A stretch of 63,904 bases of DNA from the IMG/VR virus record IMGVR_UViG_2974516482_000001, positions 95,225-159,128 of that record; one strand, written 5' to 3'. The notes under the pieces are model-generated. The model was not told the origin of the DNA. It made no database searches and saw nothing but the letters and a program-made list of their open reading frames with translations. Origin of the DNA: a virus (lineage: Duplodnaviria > Heunggongvirae > Uroviricota > Caudoviricetes > Ackermannviridae). The first letter of the stretch is position 1, and every line of letters starts with the position of its first letter. This document shows, in pieces, positions 28,404 through 37,667 of this stretch. A program made the position numbers and the translations under genes.

Positions 28404-28715
28404 CTAGTCTATCCATATTTCAGGTTCGGGGATATCAACCATCTCCACCGTTTGATTCTTTAATTCGTGGAAACAGTCACCAAGGAATTGTAATTTACCA
28501 TCAGTCAAGAACAAATGACAACGACTCGCCGGATCAGAATGGTTCACCAATAAACTCGGAGTGAAAGTCGGTGATTTGAGATCGTGATTCCATTGCCATA
28601 TTGGGCCAGGCATTTGCCCTGAAATGCGATAAGGATGAAGCATATTACATCCAGGACAATGAAAATATATGGAACCACCCATTGATAATAATTTTGGAGT
28701 CAATAATTTTGACAT
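28404..28715 (-). CDS. DUF6527-like Cys/His protein
   Basis: CPGC..LH...W.WN....PTFTPSLL...CH.F..DG...F..DC.H. Confidence 0.7.
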   Translation of the reverse strand: MSKLLTPKLLSMGGSIYFHCPGCNMLHPYRISGQMPGPIWQWNHDLKSPTFTPSLLVNHSDPASRCHLFLTDGKLQFLGDCFHELKNQTVEMVDIPEPEIWID

Positions 28716-28716
28716 A

Positions 28717-28995
28717 TCACACCTCCACTTCTTCATCAGGATTGTATGGGTGTAATTCTCCAATTAACTTAGGGAATAATGCGAATCCAAATAAATTAAA
28801 TGAACGCATGGTGCCAACCATACCCACTTCATCCGATTCGGTTACATCAGAAAGAGCGCAAAGAGGTATCCATAAATCTTGTTGGCCTTCATGATTGACA
28901 AAAGCAACTTCCTCTTTAATAAAACGAGGGCATAAGATATCGAACAACCAATAGAAGAAAGTCAGCAATGAGAGACTGCGGAAATATACAAACAT
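28717..28995 (-). CDS. Hypothetical protein
   Basis: Start refined to MFVYF. Confidence 0.6.
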   Translation of the reverse strand: MFVYFRSLSLLTFFYWLFDILCPRFIKEEVAFVNHEGQQDLWIPLCALSDVTESDEVGMVGTMRSFNLFGFALFPKLIGELHPYNPDEEVEV

Positions 28996-29037
28996 GGTGA
29001 ACCCCTTGCTTGTTTGGAGGGAATTCACCCTCCGGAT

Positions 29038-30363
29038 TTATAGGCCCAATGCCTTTTCAAGATCATCTAAATCTTCAGTATAAAGATCGATGTCTTGCTT
29101 ATTATTTAATTCTTCTCGTTGAACTTCTAAATTCTTTATCTGGTTCAACAAACGTTCACGGGCATCTAGTGTAATTGATGATAAAGACATCTTGAATAAA
29201 TCATCGAGATCGCCATCAAAATCAGGATAGTCTGTCTGGAATAACGCTTTCAGTTCCGTGAGGCTCCGGCGCATATCTGTAACGACAGCCCACCCAATGA
29301 ATATGGCACGATTGTTCAAACGGTGTATTTTGTCGGTCAATTCCTTGATAAGATACTGACGTCTATCTTCATAGCGACTCAGGCGATAATTGAAAAATGG
29401 AAGCAACATGTCTTTCCAACCATCATAACGGTGAATAACACCATCTTCATCCCAAGCTGTCCACACGGGCTTATTAGCTGAGTAGAGACGGAACATCTGT
29501 TCAACCTGTTCGTCATTCAACTTAGACAATTCACCCCGCTTGAATACAACAGTGATATCCCAACCATCTTCGGTCGTATCGTTGGCGTACTCAGTGAGGA
29601 CACCCGCCTTGTACAGGGGCAACAGCACTTTGGTCTCATAGGTTTTAGAGAACCAACCAATAGGAACCTCGGTGATGTTCAGAGTGGTTGCATTGACGCG
29701 GGTGAACAAACCACGACTGTATGCTCTTCCTTCCTCAGTATAGCCTGTCTCTCCTTTGAAACCATTCCAGTACGGTTTTAAGTCCTTCGGGTCTTCGCCA
29801 CGGAGAAGTGCTCTCAGGGCACTGAGCACGGACTTAACGCAGTGACATGGGGTGTCGGTGGCATAACCCGAGCCGATACCATTGATACCATTCACGAGAA
29901 ACATGGGCAGGATGGGTAAAAAGAATTTCGGCTCCAGTTTCTCTTCCCCAAGATAATTGTATTCCAATATCCCATCGTCCTCCTTTCGGAAGATTTTACG
30001 GATAACTTCAGACACTGCCACTGAAATATAACGAGCGGAAGACGCTTCGCGCCCCATGATTGAACCAAACTGTCCGTCGCGGTCAAAGTATGGGATGTTA
30101 TTCGTACCTGGGAACCCCTGAGCCATGTTCACAATAGTGCCGCTCATGTTCTCGCCACCAGATTTGTAGTTGGTGCGGGCGGCGGCGAACATGCCAAGGC
30201 GGTCAACGATCTCCTCCTTGTTGTACTCAAGAGCAGCAAAGAGGATCTTGCGCTGGCTGGGCTTGAGGCTGTCGATCAGTTGAGGGATTTGACGGATGCT
30301 GTTGACCACAGAGAACTCCTTGTGGTCACCATTTATGAAATCCGTCACGGTAATAGTCGTCAT
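29038..30363 (-). CDS. 52: DNA topoisomerase II medium subunit gp52
   Basis: IDSLKPSQRKIL, catalytic SARY and NGINGIGSG motifs. Confidence 0.95.
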   Translation of the reverse strand: MTTITVTDFINGDHKEFSVVNSIRQIPQLIDSLKPSQRKILFAALEYNKEEIVDRLGMFAAARTNYKSGGENMSGTIVNMAQGFPGTNNIPYFDRDGQFGSIMGREASSARYISVAVSEVIRKIFRKEDDGILEYNYLGEEKLEPKFFLPILPMFLVNGINGIGSGYATDTPCHCVKSVLSALRALLRGEDPKDLKPYWNGFKGETGYTEEGRAYSRGLFTRVNATTLNITEVPIGWFSKTYETKVLLPLYKAGVLTEYANDTTEDGWDITVVFKRGELSKLNDEQVEQMFRLYSANKPVWTAWDEDGVIHRYDGWKDMLLPFFNYRLSRYEDRRQYLIKELTDKIHRLNNRAIFIGWAVVTDMRRSLTELKALFQTDYPDFDGDLDDLFKMSLSSITLDARERLLNQIKNLEVQREELNNKQDIDLYTEDLDDLEKALGL

Positions 30364-30809
30364 TTATCGTATCCCCCTAAATTAAATACGTCCACTTGGT
30401 AATCGACCAACCAAGATACCAGTTTAATCGCTTGTTCCGATTCATCTGATTCATCAAGAGTGTAATATGGTTTACCCGTCCCTTTAAGCGGGTCATACAC
30501 CACCAATTTACCATCTCGAGTGTCCAACAATATCTGATGTAATATGCCAGGGGAAGTCAGGGAAGGGGCGACCAGGACATAAACATAATCGTGATAAATC
30601 GTTATATTTTGATTAGCCCCACGCCCAGCTATAAATGGCACACCATTGAGATGCAGTGCGTCACCAATAGTCATCTCAAATGATTCGAATGAATCATGGA
30701 ATTCGTCAATAACATTCTGTACAGGGCGGTCGAGAATCATGGCCAAACACGCAGACATACAAGTGTTGCCTGTCGGTTGTTTTTGGTGTACTAATGGATT
30801 CAAAACCAT
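30360..30809 (-). CDS. Peptidase C39-like (papain-fold) protein
   Basis: QKQPTGNTCMSACLAMIL (Q..C), HQILL (H) and YDP (D). Confidence 0.6.
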   Translation of the reverse strand: MVLNPLVHQKQPTGNTCMSACLAMILDRPVQNVIDEFHDSFESFEMTIGDALHLNGVPFIAGRGANQNITIYHDYVYVLVAPSLTSPGILHQILLDTRDGKLVVYDPLKGTGKPYYTLDESDESEQAIKLVSWLVDYQVDVFNLGGYDK

Positions 30810-30810
30810 C

Positions 30811-32712
30811 TTATTCCCCTTCCGTTTCAAATAGGCAAACGTCGCTAAACCAGGTTTTGCGGTAGTCGGCGGCCTCATCACCGAAGCCATTCTTCAGTGA
30901 CTGCTTGTATCCATCGTCCAGCGTGACCGTCGTAGTATACGCATCCAGGTTGTTTAGAATACGCTTGAAGTCTTCAGTGCTGTTACCGCCAAGACCTTTC
31001 AGATATTTCTTCTTCGTGATCTTCTTGGCGTCAGGTGTCTTCAGGAACTCCTCATATTCGGCATTGTTCATGAATTCGTGCATTATATTACCACACCACA
31101 CGCGCATGTATGGAGTACGAAGGAGCTTCAGCCTACCCTGACGAACGTATTCAGGCCAGAACGTACAATACAGAGTTATTAACAACCCACGGATATGAAT
31201 GCCGTCGTCATCCGCGTCTGTTGCCACGACGGTCTGTGGATAGCGACTGATATCAAGCGGTTGGCCTGGCACAGCACCGCCGTGAATGGTGCATAAATTC
31301 TTGAATTCTTCGTTCGCCATCACCTTTGAGCGCGGGGCGTTCAAGCAGTTGATGAACTTACCACGAAGCGGGAACAAACCAATTTTCTTGGTATCACGAG
31401 CGTTCAGGATAGGGTTGGATGCGCTATCACCTTCTGTCAGTAGCAGCGAACACCCACTGCGGTCGCCTCTGGCGGTCGCCGGATAATACTTCTCAATCTC
31501 ACGATAATCCCGTTTGCTGATATCCTTCTTCGCCTTTTCAAATTCGGCATCTTCTTGTTCATTGCGTAATGAAGCTAGTTCTTTACTCAGCCCTGCTGTC
31601 ACGAACTCAAGCGCCTTGCGAATCAGTTTATCGCTGGGCTTGTAGGAAGTACCAAACTGGCTCACAGGAGTCGTCATGCGCTCCTTGGTCTGGCTGTCAA
31701 AACGAGGGTTGTTGATGTCGGCGGCGATGAACAATGACATGTGGTTCTTGATCATCGCTGGCTTCAGTTCGGTCTTGAACTTCTTAACCAGCTGAGGGCG
31801 TATCGCCGCCACGATCTGGTCAGCAACATAATCAACGTGAGGTCCACCGATGTGCGTGGCGATTGAGTTCACGTATGATGCATGCATGAACGCACCAGAT
31901 GAGGGAGTGATAGCAACAGACCAATCATCCGTTTCATCAACAGCCGAGCCAGCGTAGAAGTAATCAACGAAGTGACCAAAGCGATCAATGCGGATTTGCT
32001 TGCCGTTGAGAACAACCTTCAGGCGCGGGTTGCATGCCGCCACTTCGAATGCACGACGGTAAATCATGAGCAGGTTGTTCTGGTCAAGCCCCTTAACACC
32101 CAGGCGCGCATAATCAGGGATCCAGGCAATAGTGGTGCCGAACTCTTTCGGTGTATTGCCGATGACCGGATTGGACTTCTTGCTCATGTTGTCTTCAAAC
32201 AGTTGAGTATAAGACTTCTTGCCGTCACTGGTAGCAACGCGGAACCACTTTGAGAACACGTTGACGAGCGAAGCCCCTTCACCGTTCTGGCCGCCGGACT
32301 TCTGGTTGTTGTACTCCTCGTCATCGTCGTTGAAGTTTGATCCCGCAAACAATTCTGAAAATAACATTTCTGGCAACCACATACCAGATTCATGTTTTAC
32401 CACAGGAATACCCCCGTTATCAGCCACGATGATCTGCCCGTTCATGGGGGAGATAGTAATGGTGATTTCCGTCAGGGTTTTACCCTCGAGCGTCTTGCTG
32501 TGGTCAACACAGTTGGTGATGATTTCATCAAACTGTTTGATAAGGGCGGGGTTATATTCAAAATTGTCTTTAAACACAACTTTGTCTTTGCTGGGATCAT
32601 ATACCCATGCCATGCCGACAGAAGAACGGATACTCCCCAGATGGCGCTCTGGGCGAAGGAGTATATGCTCGATATGTGAGAGCTTTTTGTATTTTCTGTT
32701 TACATCAACCAT
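30811..32712 (-). CDS. 39: DNA topoisomerase II large subunit (fused gp39+60)
   Basis: DEIITNCVD, GGQNGEGA, LTEGDSA, PLRGK, DADDDG and YLKGLG motifs. Confidence 0.95.
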   Translation of the reverse strand: MVDVNRKYKKLSHIEHILLRPERHLGSIRSSVGMAWVYDPSKDKVVFKDNFEYNPALIKQFDEIITNCVDHSKTLEGKTLTEITITISPMNGQIIVADNGGIPVVKHESGMWLPEMLFSELFAGSNFNDDDEEYNNQKSGGQNGEGASLVNVFSKWFRVATSDGKKSYTQLFEDNMSKKSNPVIGNTPKEFGTTIAWIPDYARLGVKGLDQNNLLMIYRRAFEVAACNPRLKVVLNGKQIRIDRFGHFVDYFYAGSAVDETDDWSVAITPSSGAFMHASYVNSIATHIGGPHVDYVADQIVAAIRPQLVKKFKTELKPAMIKNHMSLFIAADINNPRFDSQTKERMTTPVSQFGTSYKPSDKLIRKALEFVTAGLSKELASLRNEQEDAEFEKAKKDISKRDYREIEKYYPATARGDRSGCSLLLTEGDSASNPILNARDTKKIGLFPLRGKFINCLNAPRSKVMANEEFKNLCTIHGGAVPGQPLDISRYPQTVVATDADDDGIHIRGLLITLYCTFWPEYVRQGRLKLLRTPYMRVWCGNIMHEFMNNAEYEEFLKTPDAKKITKKKYLKGLGGNSTEDFKRILNNLDAYTTTVTLDDGYKQSLKNGFGDEAADYRKTWFSDVCLFETEGE

Positions 32713-33535
32713 TATTATCTCCGTAAAATTTCAACCAGGCGGGATCTTCTTTTGGTATCCAACCTTTCTGAAATTTAGATATACAAGTTTGAGCTGTGGC
32801 CTTAGAACACACAGAGCTTAACCCGGTTTCTTTCAACATTAAACAATAACGGTTCTTCACTTTGTCTTCACCGTTACCACGCCACCATTCAAAGAATTCA
32901 CCAGCCAGAAGCCATTGTCGGGATTTACCCGTCTTTAAGACAGTCGGGTGTTCCCAAGGTTGTATATTATTCATGGGATTGTTCTGGCGCCACATAGCAG
33001 AATACCTCTCCCTTTCTTCTGGTCGCCTCATCCGTTCGGCGACTGATTTGGTAAGGTTGGCTTTGTGTGCTTCAGAGTGTGGTATCCCTTTCCTGGATTT
33101 TGATAACATACGCCTTGATTCGTCATCCCAAGTGTAACCCCTCAAGCTACCCGCGCGTTTCTTCTACACTTCTGGGTCTATTGAGTTTTTCTTGGATTGC
33201 CTACGACAACGTTCCTTTTGTTCATCGGACGACATCACTTCTTTCATTCTGGTGGAATTATTTCTTCTGAATTCCCCAAACTCTTTGTTGTTCCTAGACA
33301 TGTTGTTCATCCCAGTCCATGCCTTCCTGATACCGGGGTTGAGTGGTTTTGTTCTCCAAAGTAGGTGATGTACGACATAATGTTCTTCTGGTGTCAGCCA
33401 TACAAGATTAGAGAAGTGGTTAGTGCCACCCAAGCACACAGGGATTATATGGTGGCGTTCTTGATAAACGCCACCCATTTTACCTCTCTGTATTGCTCTC
33501 TGTATGAGAGCGTCTAAGATGATTTCGTATTTCAT
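32705..33535 (-). pseudogene. HNH homing endonuclease interrupted by a single in-frame TAG
   Basis: HNH domain (ERHHIIPVCLGG...EEHYVVH), then IDPEV*KKRAGSLRGYTW in the same frame, then NUMOD3-like repeats. Confidence 0.8.
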
Positions 33536-34116
33536 AAGCCAAATTTAGTACGCCACTTTTCGACTTTGTGTTCAATGGCGTGCTCTACTTTGATGCGGGT
33601 GCTCAACATGTTCACGCTGTGTAAGGCACCTTCCCCACACGCCATGCGAGCAACATGCGTTATCAGATTGGCAACGAGTCGTACCAGGACGTCTTGGCTG
33701 CGATATGGCTGATTGCATAATCGGATTATCCGACCATGGTAATGATGGATGAGGTTCAGGTGCTTCTGGGGATCACGATCGATTAGACGGAACCAATCTT
33801 CTTCAAGATATTCGGGAGAACAATCGCTACACAATGCCAAACATGTCTGAACTGAGTCGGCCAACTCTTCCTTGGTCATGCAACCATGCAGCTGCTGGTC
33901 ATTGAAATCCATAATGTACAGAAGGTCAATGGCGGAGATAATGACGTCGGCAACTTCGCCGTTCAGTGGTTCTGAAGGCATACCGATACCGTGGAACACA
34001 TCGGACAGTTCACAGATCTCTTCACCCAATTTGTTCAGGACAAACACAGGCGAGCGGTTTGGCTCGCGCGCAGTGCAATCATAGGAAGTGTCGATGATAG
34101 TGTGTATAAATTTCAT
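33532..34116 (-). CDS. MazG-like NTP pyrophosphohydrolase-domain protein
   Basis: LNKLGEEICEL...GEVADV motif. Confidence 0.55.
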   Translation of the reverse strand: MKFIHTIIDTSYDCTAREPNRSPVFVLNKLGEEICELSDVFHGIGMPSEPLNGEVADVIISAIDLLYIMDFNDQQLHGCMTKEELADSVQTCLALCSDCSPEYLEEDWFRLIDRDPQKHLNLIHHYHGRIIRLCNQPYRSQDVLVRLVANLITHVARMACGEGALHSVNMLSTRIKVEHAIEHKVEKWRTKFGL

Positions 34117-34601
34117 TTCAAAGTTCCTTGTATGCGGAGACGATTAATGTGGTCTATGATAAAGTCCATAGAGTTTTGAAAACAGTATTTCCCGTTCCGA
34201 ACGTATGCATGGATCAGGGGAAGTCGACTGTATGCCAATCTGATTTTCAGCAGGTCAGGCATTGTCTGGAGTTTCATGCTGGTTGCAAACAGGATGTTGT
34301 GCTTGAATTCTTCGGTGGACGGGTCCAGGACGATGACACGGGTGGCCGCCAACTCCTGGCCATACTGCTTGGCCTCGTAGCCGTCGAGAAGACGCAGATT
34401 GTCGTCCCGGTACTTCAGCCAATACCAGTAGCCCTCCATGGAGTTGAACACACCATGTTCGTAAGTGGCTGTAGGATGATGAGTGAAGTGAGACAAAAAG
34501 CGACCGAGTTCGGTATTGCTCCGACTGTAGATATTGAAGTGATTCTTACCCTCTGTCGCAGGGGTCATCTTGTTCTGTGGAACACTCATTAACAGCATCA
34601 T
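34113..34601 (-). CDS. NADAR-like protein (T4 30.3-like)
   Basis: NIYSRS..LGRFLSHF..HP....G.FNSMEGYWYWLK...G..AK..G. Confidence 0.6.
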   Translation of the reverse strand: MMLLMSVPQNKMTPATEGKNHFNIYSRSNTELGRFLSHFTHHPTATYEHGVFNSMEGYWYWLKYRDDNLRLLDGYEAKQYGQELAATRVIVLDPSTEEFKHNILFATSMKLQTMPDLLKIRLAYSRLPLIHAYVRNGKYCFQNSMDFIIDHINRLRIQGTLK

Positions 34602-34644
34602 GATATAGTCTCTCAAATCAGGGGTATTGCTGTGTGTAGTGAAA

Positions 34645-34842
34645 TTACTTCTTCATACAACCCACATAACTGCAGGCCAGGCCGATGGCGGCGAATACAA
34701 TGGCAAGAAGGAACCGGGTGATCTGCATTTGTGATATTGTGAGCAGCCCGATCACGTTTTCGATCGTCAGGAAGAAACACACTCCAGCGACGACACCTAA
34801 TTTGAACGAATTTCGTTCTTTGTTGATCTTGAACTTGTACAT
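34645..34842 (-). CDS. Small membrane protein
   Basis: Two TM helices; GGAGG RBS. Confidence 0.65.
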   Translation of the reverse strand: MYKFKINKERNSFKLGVVAGVCFFLTIENVIGLLTISQMQITRFLLAIVFAAIGLACSYVGCMKK

Positions 34843-34887
34843 ATGTGCCTCCTGGTTGAAGCGGGGAGTTTCCTCCCCTGTAACTAT

Positions 34888-35367
34888 CTAGCCCAGAAAC
34901 ACTACTAAAGTCAAACTAGTTTGTAGACCTGGGTTATTTTGGATGATACTCCAGACTTTAGATAGATACGCCGGATCATGCAAAGAGTCTGATACGATCA
35001 GGACTTTCGGATTTCTGCCGATAAGCACATCACCCTTTTCAAACTGAAATGTGGTGAACGCATTGTTCATACCCACTTCTTCACGATTCAAAGTGAGTTT
35101 GATCGTCTCCTCTTTCGCGAACATGGCTATGACTTCGAGTCCAGTTTCTTCCAAGAATTGTTTTGAAAGAATATGTTTCAGGGCTGTGGAGTGGCCTGTC
35201 TGGCGCAGAAATCGATGATAGATCGCATCATCACGCCGTAAAAAATCAGGTTTTGATTTACCACGACGAAATTCAACAACTTCAACGGCATCAAGGATCA
35301 TCTGAGTGATGAGTTCGATATGTGGGGTGATGGCTATGTTCACATCACGTTTAACCATAGATTTCAT
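34888..35367 (-). CDS. Hypothetical protein (159 aa)
   Basis: ORF with GAGG RBS. Confidence 0.75.
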   Translation of the reverse strand: MKSMVKRDVNIAITPHIELITQMILDAVEVVEFRRGKSKPDFLRRDDAIYHRFLRQTGHSTALKHILSKQFLEETGLEVIAMFAKEETIKLTLNREEVGMNNAFTTFQFEKGDVLIGRNPKVLIVSDSLHDPAYLSKVWSIIQNNPGLQTSLTLVVFLG

Positions 35368-35410
35368 TTGGTGTATCCTCAGTTAGGTTCCGCTCATGGG
35401 GAACGGGTCC

Positions 35411-35436
35411 ATTATACGCCGAATGCTGGAAATGAA
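35411..35436 (-). promoter_or_regulatory. TTCATT-N14-TATAAT promoter
   Basis: Variant of the recurrent motif. Confidence 0.6.
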
Positions 35437-35457
35437 AAAGAGGCCGGAGCCTCTTTT
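35437..35457 (-). terminator. Intrinsic terminator
   Basis: aaaagaggc-cgga-gcctctttt. Confidence 0.7.
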
Positions 35458-35485
35458 GTTAACCCATGATGATCGTGTTCATGAC

Positions 35486-35710
35486 TTATTCCTCTTCATA
35501 TTTGCCTGTCCTGAAGTTCCACTTTCGTGCATTCTTCAGATCCAGGTCTTTGAAGATGTTTCCAAAGATCTTTTTAAAATCAGACTCTTCTTCAAGATCT
35601 TTTGGTTTTTTGACAGGCTCCTTGACCATACCGCCTTCGGGTTTCCCCACATCGGCGGTCGTGGTTGCCGGAGCAGAAGAGTCTTCAAGGAAATCCTGGA
35701 AGCTCTTCAT
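35486..35710 (-). CDS. Small putative head internal protein
   Basis: MKSFQDFLED N-terminus resembles the T4 capsid-targeting sequence. Confidence 0.65.
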   Translation of the reverse strand: MKSFQDFLEDSSAPATTTADVGKPEGGMVKEPVKKPKDLEEESDFKKIFGNIFKDLDLKNARKWNFRTGKYEEE

Positions 35711-35713
35711 AAA

Positions 35714-36523
35714 TTACACCACAGCCATTTCACAACGAGTAGACGTGACAGAATGGCCATCTGCATCAGAAACAACACACCAATATTCGCCTTCATTTGC
35801 GGCTTCAACTGCTGTGATAACCAGGTTAGCAGTGGCGGCGGTGGCATTAGTGCCAGCATCGATAACTGACCCCGCACCCCCAGGAGTATCAGAGAAATGC
35901 CACACATAAGTGTATGGAGTTGTACCGCCCGCAGCAACAACACTAAAGGTTCCGTCTTGTCCAGAAGTTACGTCTTTGGTGGCAGGTAAATCAGTCGACA
36001 GCGACAGAGCGCCTGCAACTGTAATAACCGTAGAATCTGTGTGATTCCCTTCAACCGTGACACCATAAACCGTTACAGTTCCTGAAGCCAGCAATTTGAA
36101 TTTACCACCACCGACATGTACAGCTTTCGTAATATCACCAGAATACCAATTAACGCCTTGATATGTGGCATTGGCAGGGGATACCGTCGCTAGCAATTCA
36201 ACAAATTGTCCGATCTCTCCGCTGGCTGTAGCTGGAGTAATCACAAGTCCGGTGGTTAAAATAGCATTCGGATCGTGGATTTCATAAGATACTTGAAAGC
36301 CGATAGGCTTGGTGGGATCCACTTTGGTGACACCGTCCGCTTGTAAATTGCTCTTGGTGAGCAGAGCGTCAAGACCTTTACATTCGGTCAGGATCTCATC
36401 AGGATCTTGGTTGAGGCTGGTCTTTTGCCAACCCTTTGCAACACCCGTCACGACATGATTGCGTTCGGTTTCCGGTTTGTTGCGGACAACTTCCGGCGCG
36501 ACTAATACTGTGATTGTTGGCAT
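35714..36523 (-). CDS. Ig-like domain virion protein (Hoc-like)
   Basis: Big_2 domain (LATVSPANAT..GV.W.S) and I-set domain (YVW...L.I..V...NEGEYWCVVS). Confidence 0.8.
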   Translation of the reverse strand: MPTITVLVAPEVVRNKPETERNHVVTGVAKGWQKTSLNQDPDEILTECKGLDALLTKSNLQADGVTKVDPTKPIGFQVSYEIHDPNAILTTGLVITPATASGEIGQFVELLATVSPANATYQGVNWYSGDITKAVHVGGGKFKLLASGTVTVYGVTVEGNHTDSTVITVAGALSLSTDLPATKDVTSGQDGTFSVVAAGGTTPYTYVWHFSDTPGGAGSVIDAGTNATAATANLVITAVEAANEGEYWCVVSDADGHSVTSTRCEMAVV

Positions 36524-36894
36524 GGTTTCCTCCACTCATCCAAATCGTTGTTCAGAGCCATCATCAGCTCGTTATCTGGTTCGTATGAACCGGAACATAA
36601 ATCATCTCGCCAAACTCCTAACGTCAACAGCGCTGCTTTAAGACGAGGATGTTGGTTCTTATCCGTTTTCAACACCAACATTCGACACACGGCTTCGGTT
36701 TCAAAGGTATTGAAAAGGATAATCAATTGATTGATAAGTACGCGAGGACTTTTCCCTGGCACAAATCTTTTCAATGATTGATTAATTAGCGAAATTCGCT
36801 GAATGTCTACCATCAAATCATCCCGTGAGACACCAGGGGTGATATAATGTCTTAGAGCGTACTCCATCAAATTGCTTTCGTCAACGATAGCCAT
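36502..36894 (-). CDS. Conserved T4-like hypothetical protein
   Basis: YALRHY...LINQLIILFNTF pattern. Confidence 0.75.
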   Translation of the reverse strand: MAIVDESNLMEYALRHYITPGVSRDDLMVDIQRISLINQSLKRFVPGKSPRVLINQLIILFNTFETEAVCRMLVLKTDKNQHPRLKAALLTLGVWRDDLCSGSYEPDNELMMALNNDLDEWRKPCQQSQY

Positions 36895-36926
36895 ATTGAA
36901 TTATAATCAGCAGTTATACACTGAGA

Positions 36927-37340
36927 TTATTTAATCTGCAGTTTTTCAGTCAATTGCGAGATTATTTCATTACGGTCAGTCGCGTCGATACCCAGGGGTT
37001 CCGCAAGTGTCTTAAGATCATTGATATCAAGCAAAAGAAGAACTTCAGCTGTAATATCGGTTGATACCACAGTACCTGGTTTCATAGGTTTACCGAATTT
37101 ATCTAACCCATAACGGCGCAAAGTTCCGGCAAGTCCGGTGAGTTCCTCTAGAAGCTCCTTAGAGCCGTCTTTATATTCACACACCCAACCGTAGTCACCA
37201 GCGTAGACAATACCGCCGTCGCCGCCCTGAGGCACGTTATCCACCACGCGTTGCAGATAACTGGGAAGTTTATTTTCTTCCTGTGCAGTGATTTCTTGAA
37301 TGGTTTGGGTGTTTTCAATTTTCTTTTGTGTCTTCGCCAT
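36927..37340 (-). CDS. Hypothetical (probably virion) protein
   Basis: Start refined to MAKTQKK after AGGAG; a TAAATA core lies upstream (37367-37372). Confidence 0.7.
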   Translation of the reverse strand: MAKTQKKIENTQTIQEITAQEENKLPSYLQRVVDNVPQGGDGGIVYAGDYGWVCEYKDGSKELLEELTGLAGTLRRYGLDKFGKPMKPGTVVSTDITAEVLLLLDINDLKTLAEPLGIDATDRNEIISQLTEKLQIK

Positions 37341-37614
37341 GATCAGTTCTCCTATAGACTGTAATATATTTACCACAACAATTGCAGCAATAAACATGCA
37401 TGGAATATCCGTCGTCGTTAAAATCACAGCCGCCACAACGACAAAATAATTTCACGAACTGGTCACCACTGACTTCTCTCGGAGGAAAATTCCTGAACGA
37501 GTATTCTCTGGGTTCACCCTCAAATTGGAATGAATCAACAAGGAATTTTGTTTTTCGGCGCAGTGATCCAAATGCCTGTTGCTCATACACGAAGTAAACA
37601 TCTCTAGTTTCCAT
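37315..37614 (-). CDS. Hypothetical Zn-finger protein
   Basis: CRCGGC and CCNCC motifs; GAGG RBS. Confidence 0.65.
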   Translation of the reverse strand: METRDVYFVYEQQAFGSLRRKTKFLVDSFQFEGEPREYSFRNFPPREVSGDQFVKLFCRCGGCDFNDDGYSMHVYCCNCCGKYITVYRRTDHGEDTKEN

Positions 37615-37627
37615 ATCGACCTCAAAG

Positions 37628-37654
37628 AAAAGGAGGCCGAAGCCCCCTCTTTTA
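37628..37654 (-). terminator. Intrinsic terminator after rIIB
   Basis: Minus strand gaggggc-ttcg-gcctcc-tttt. Confidence 0.65.
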
Positions 37655-37667
37655 TGTCAGTTCGCGG

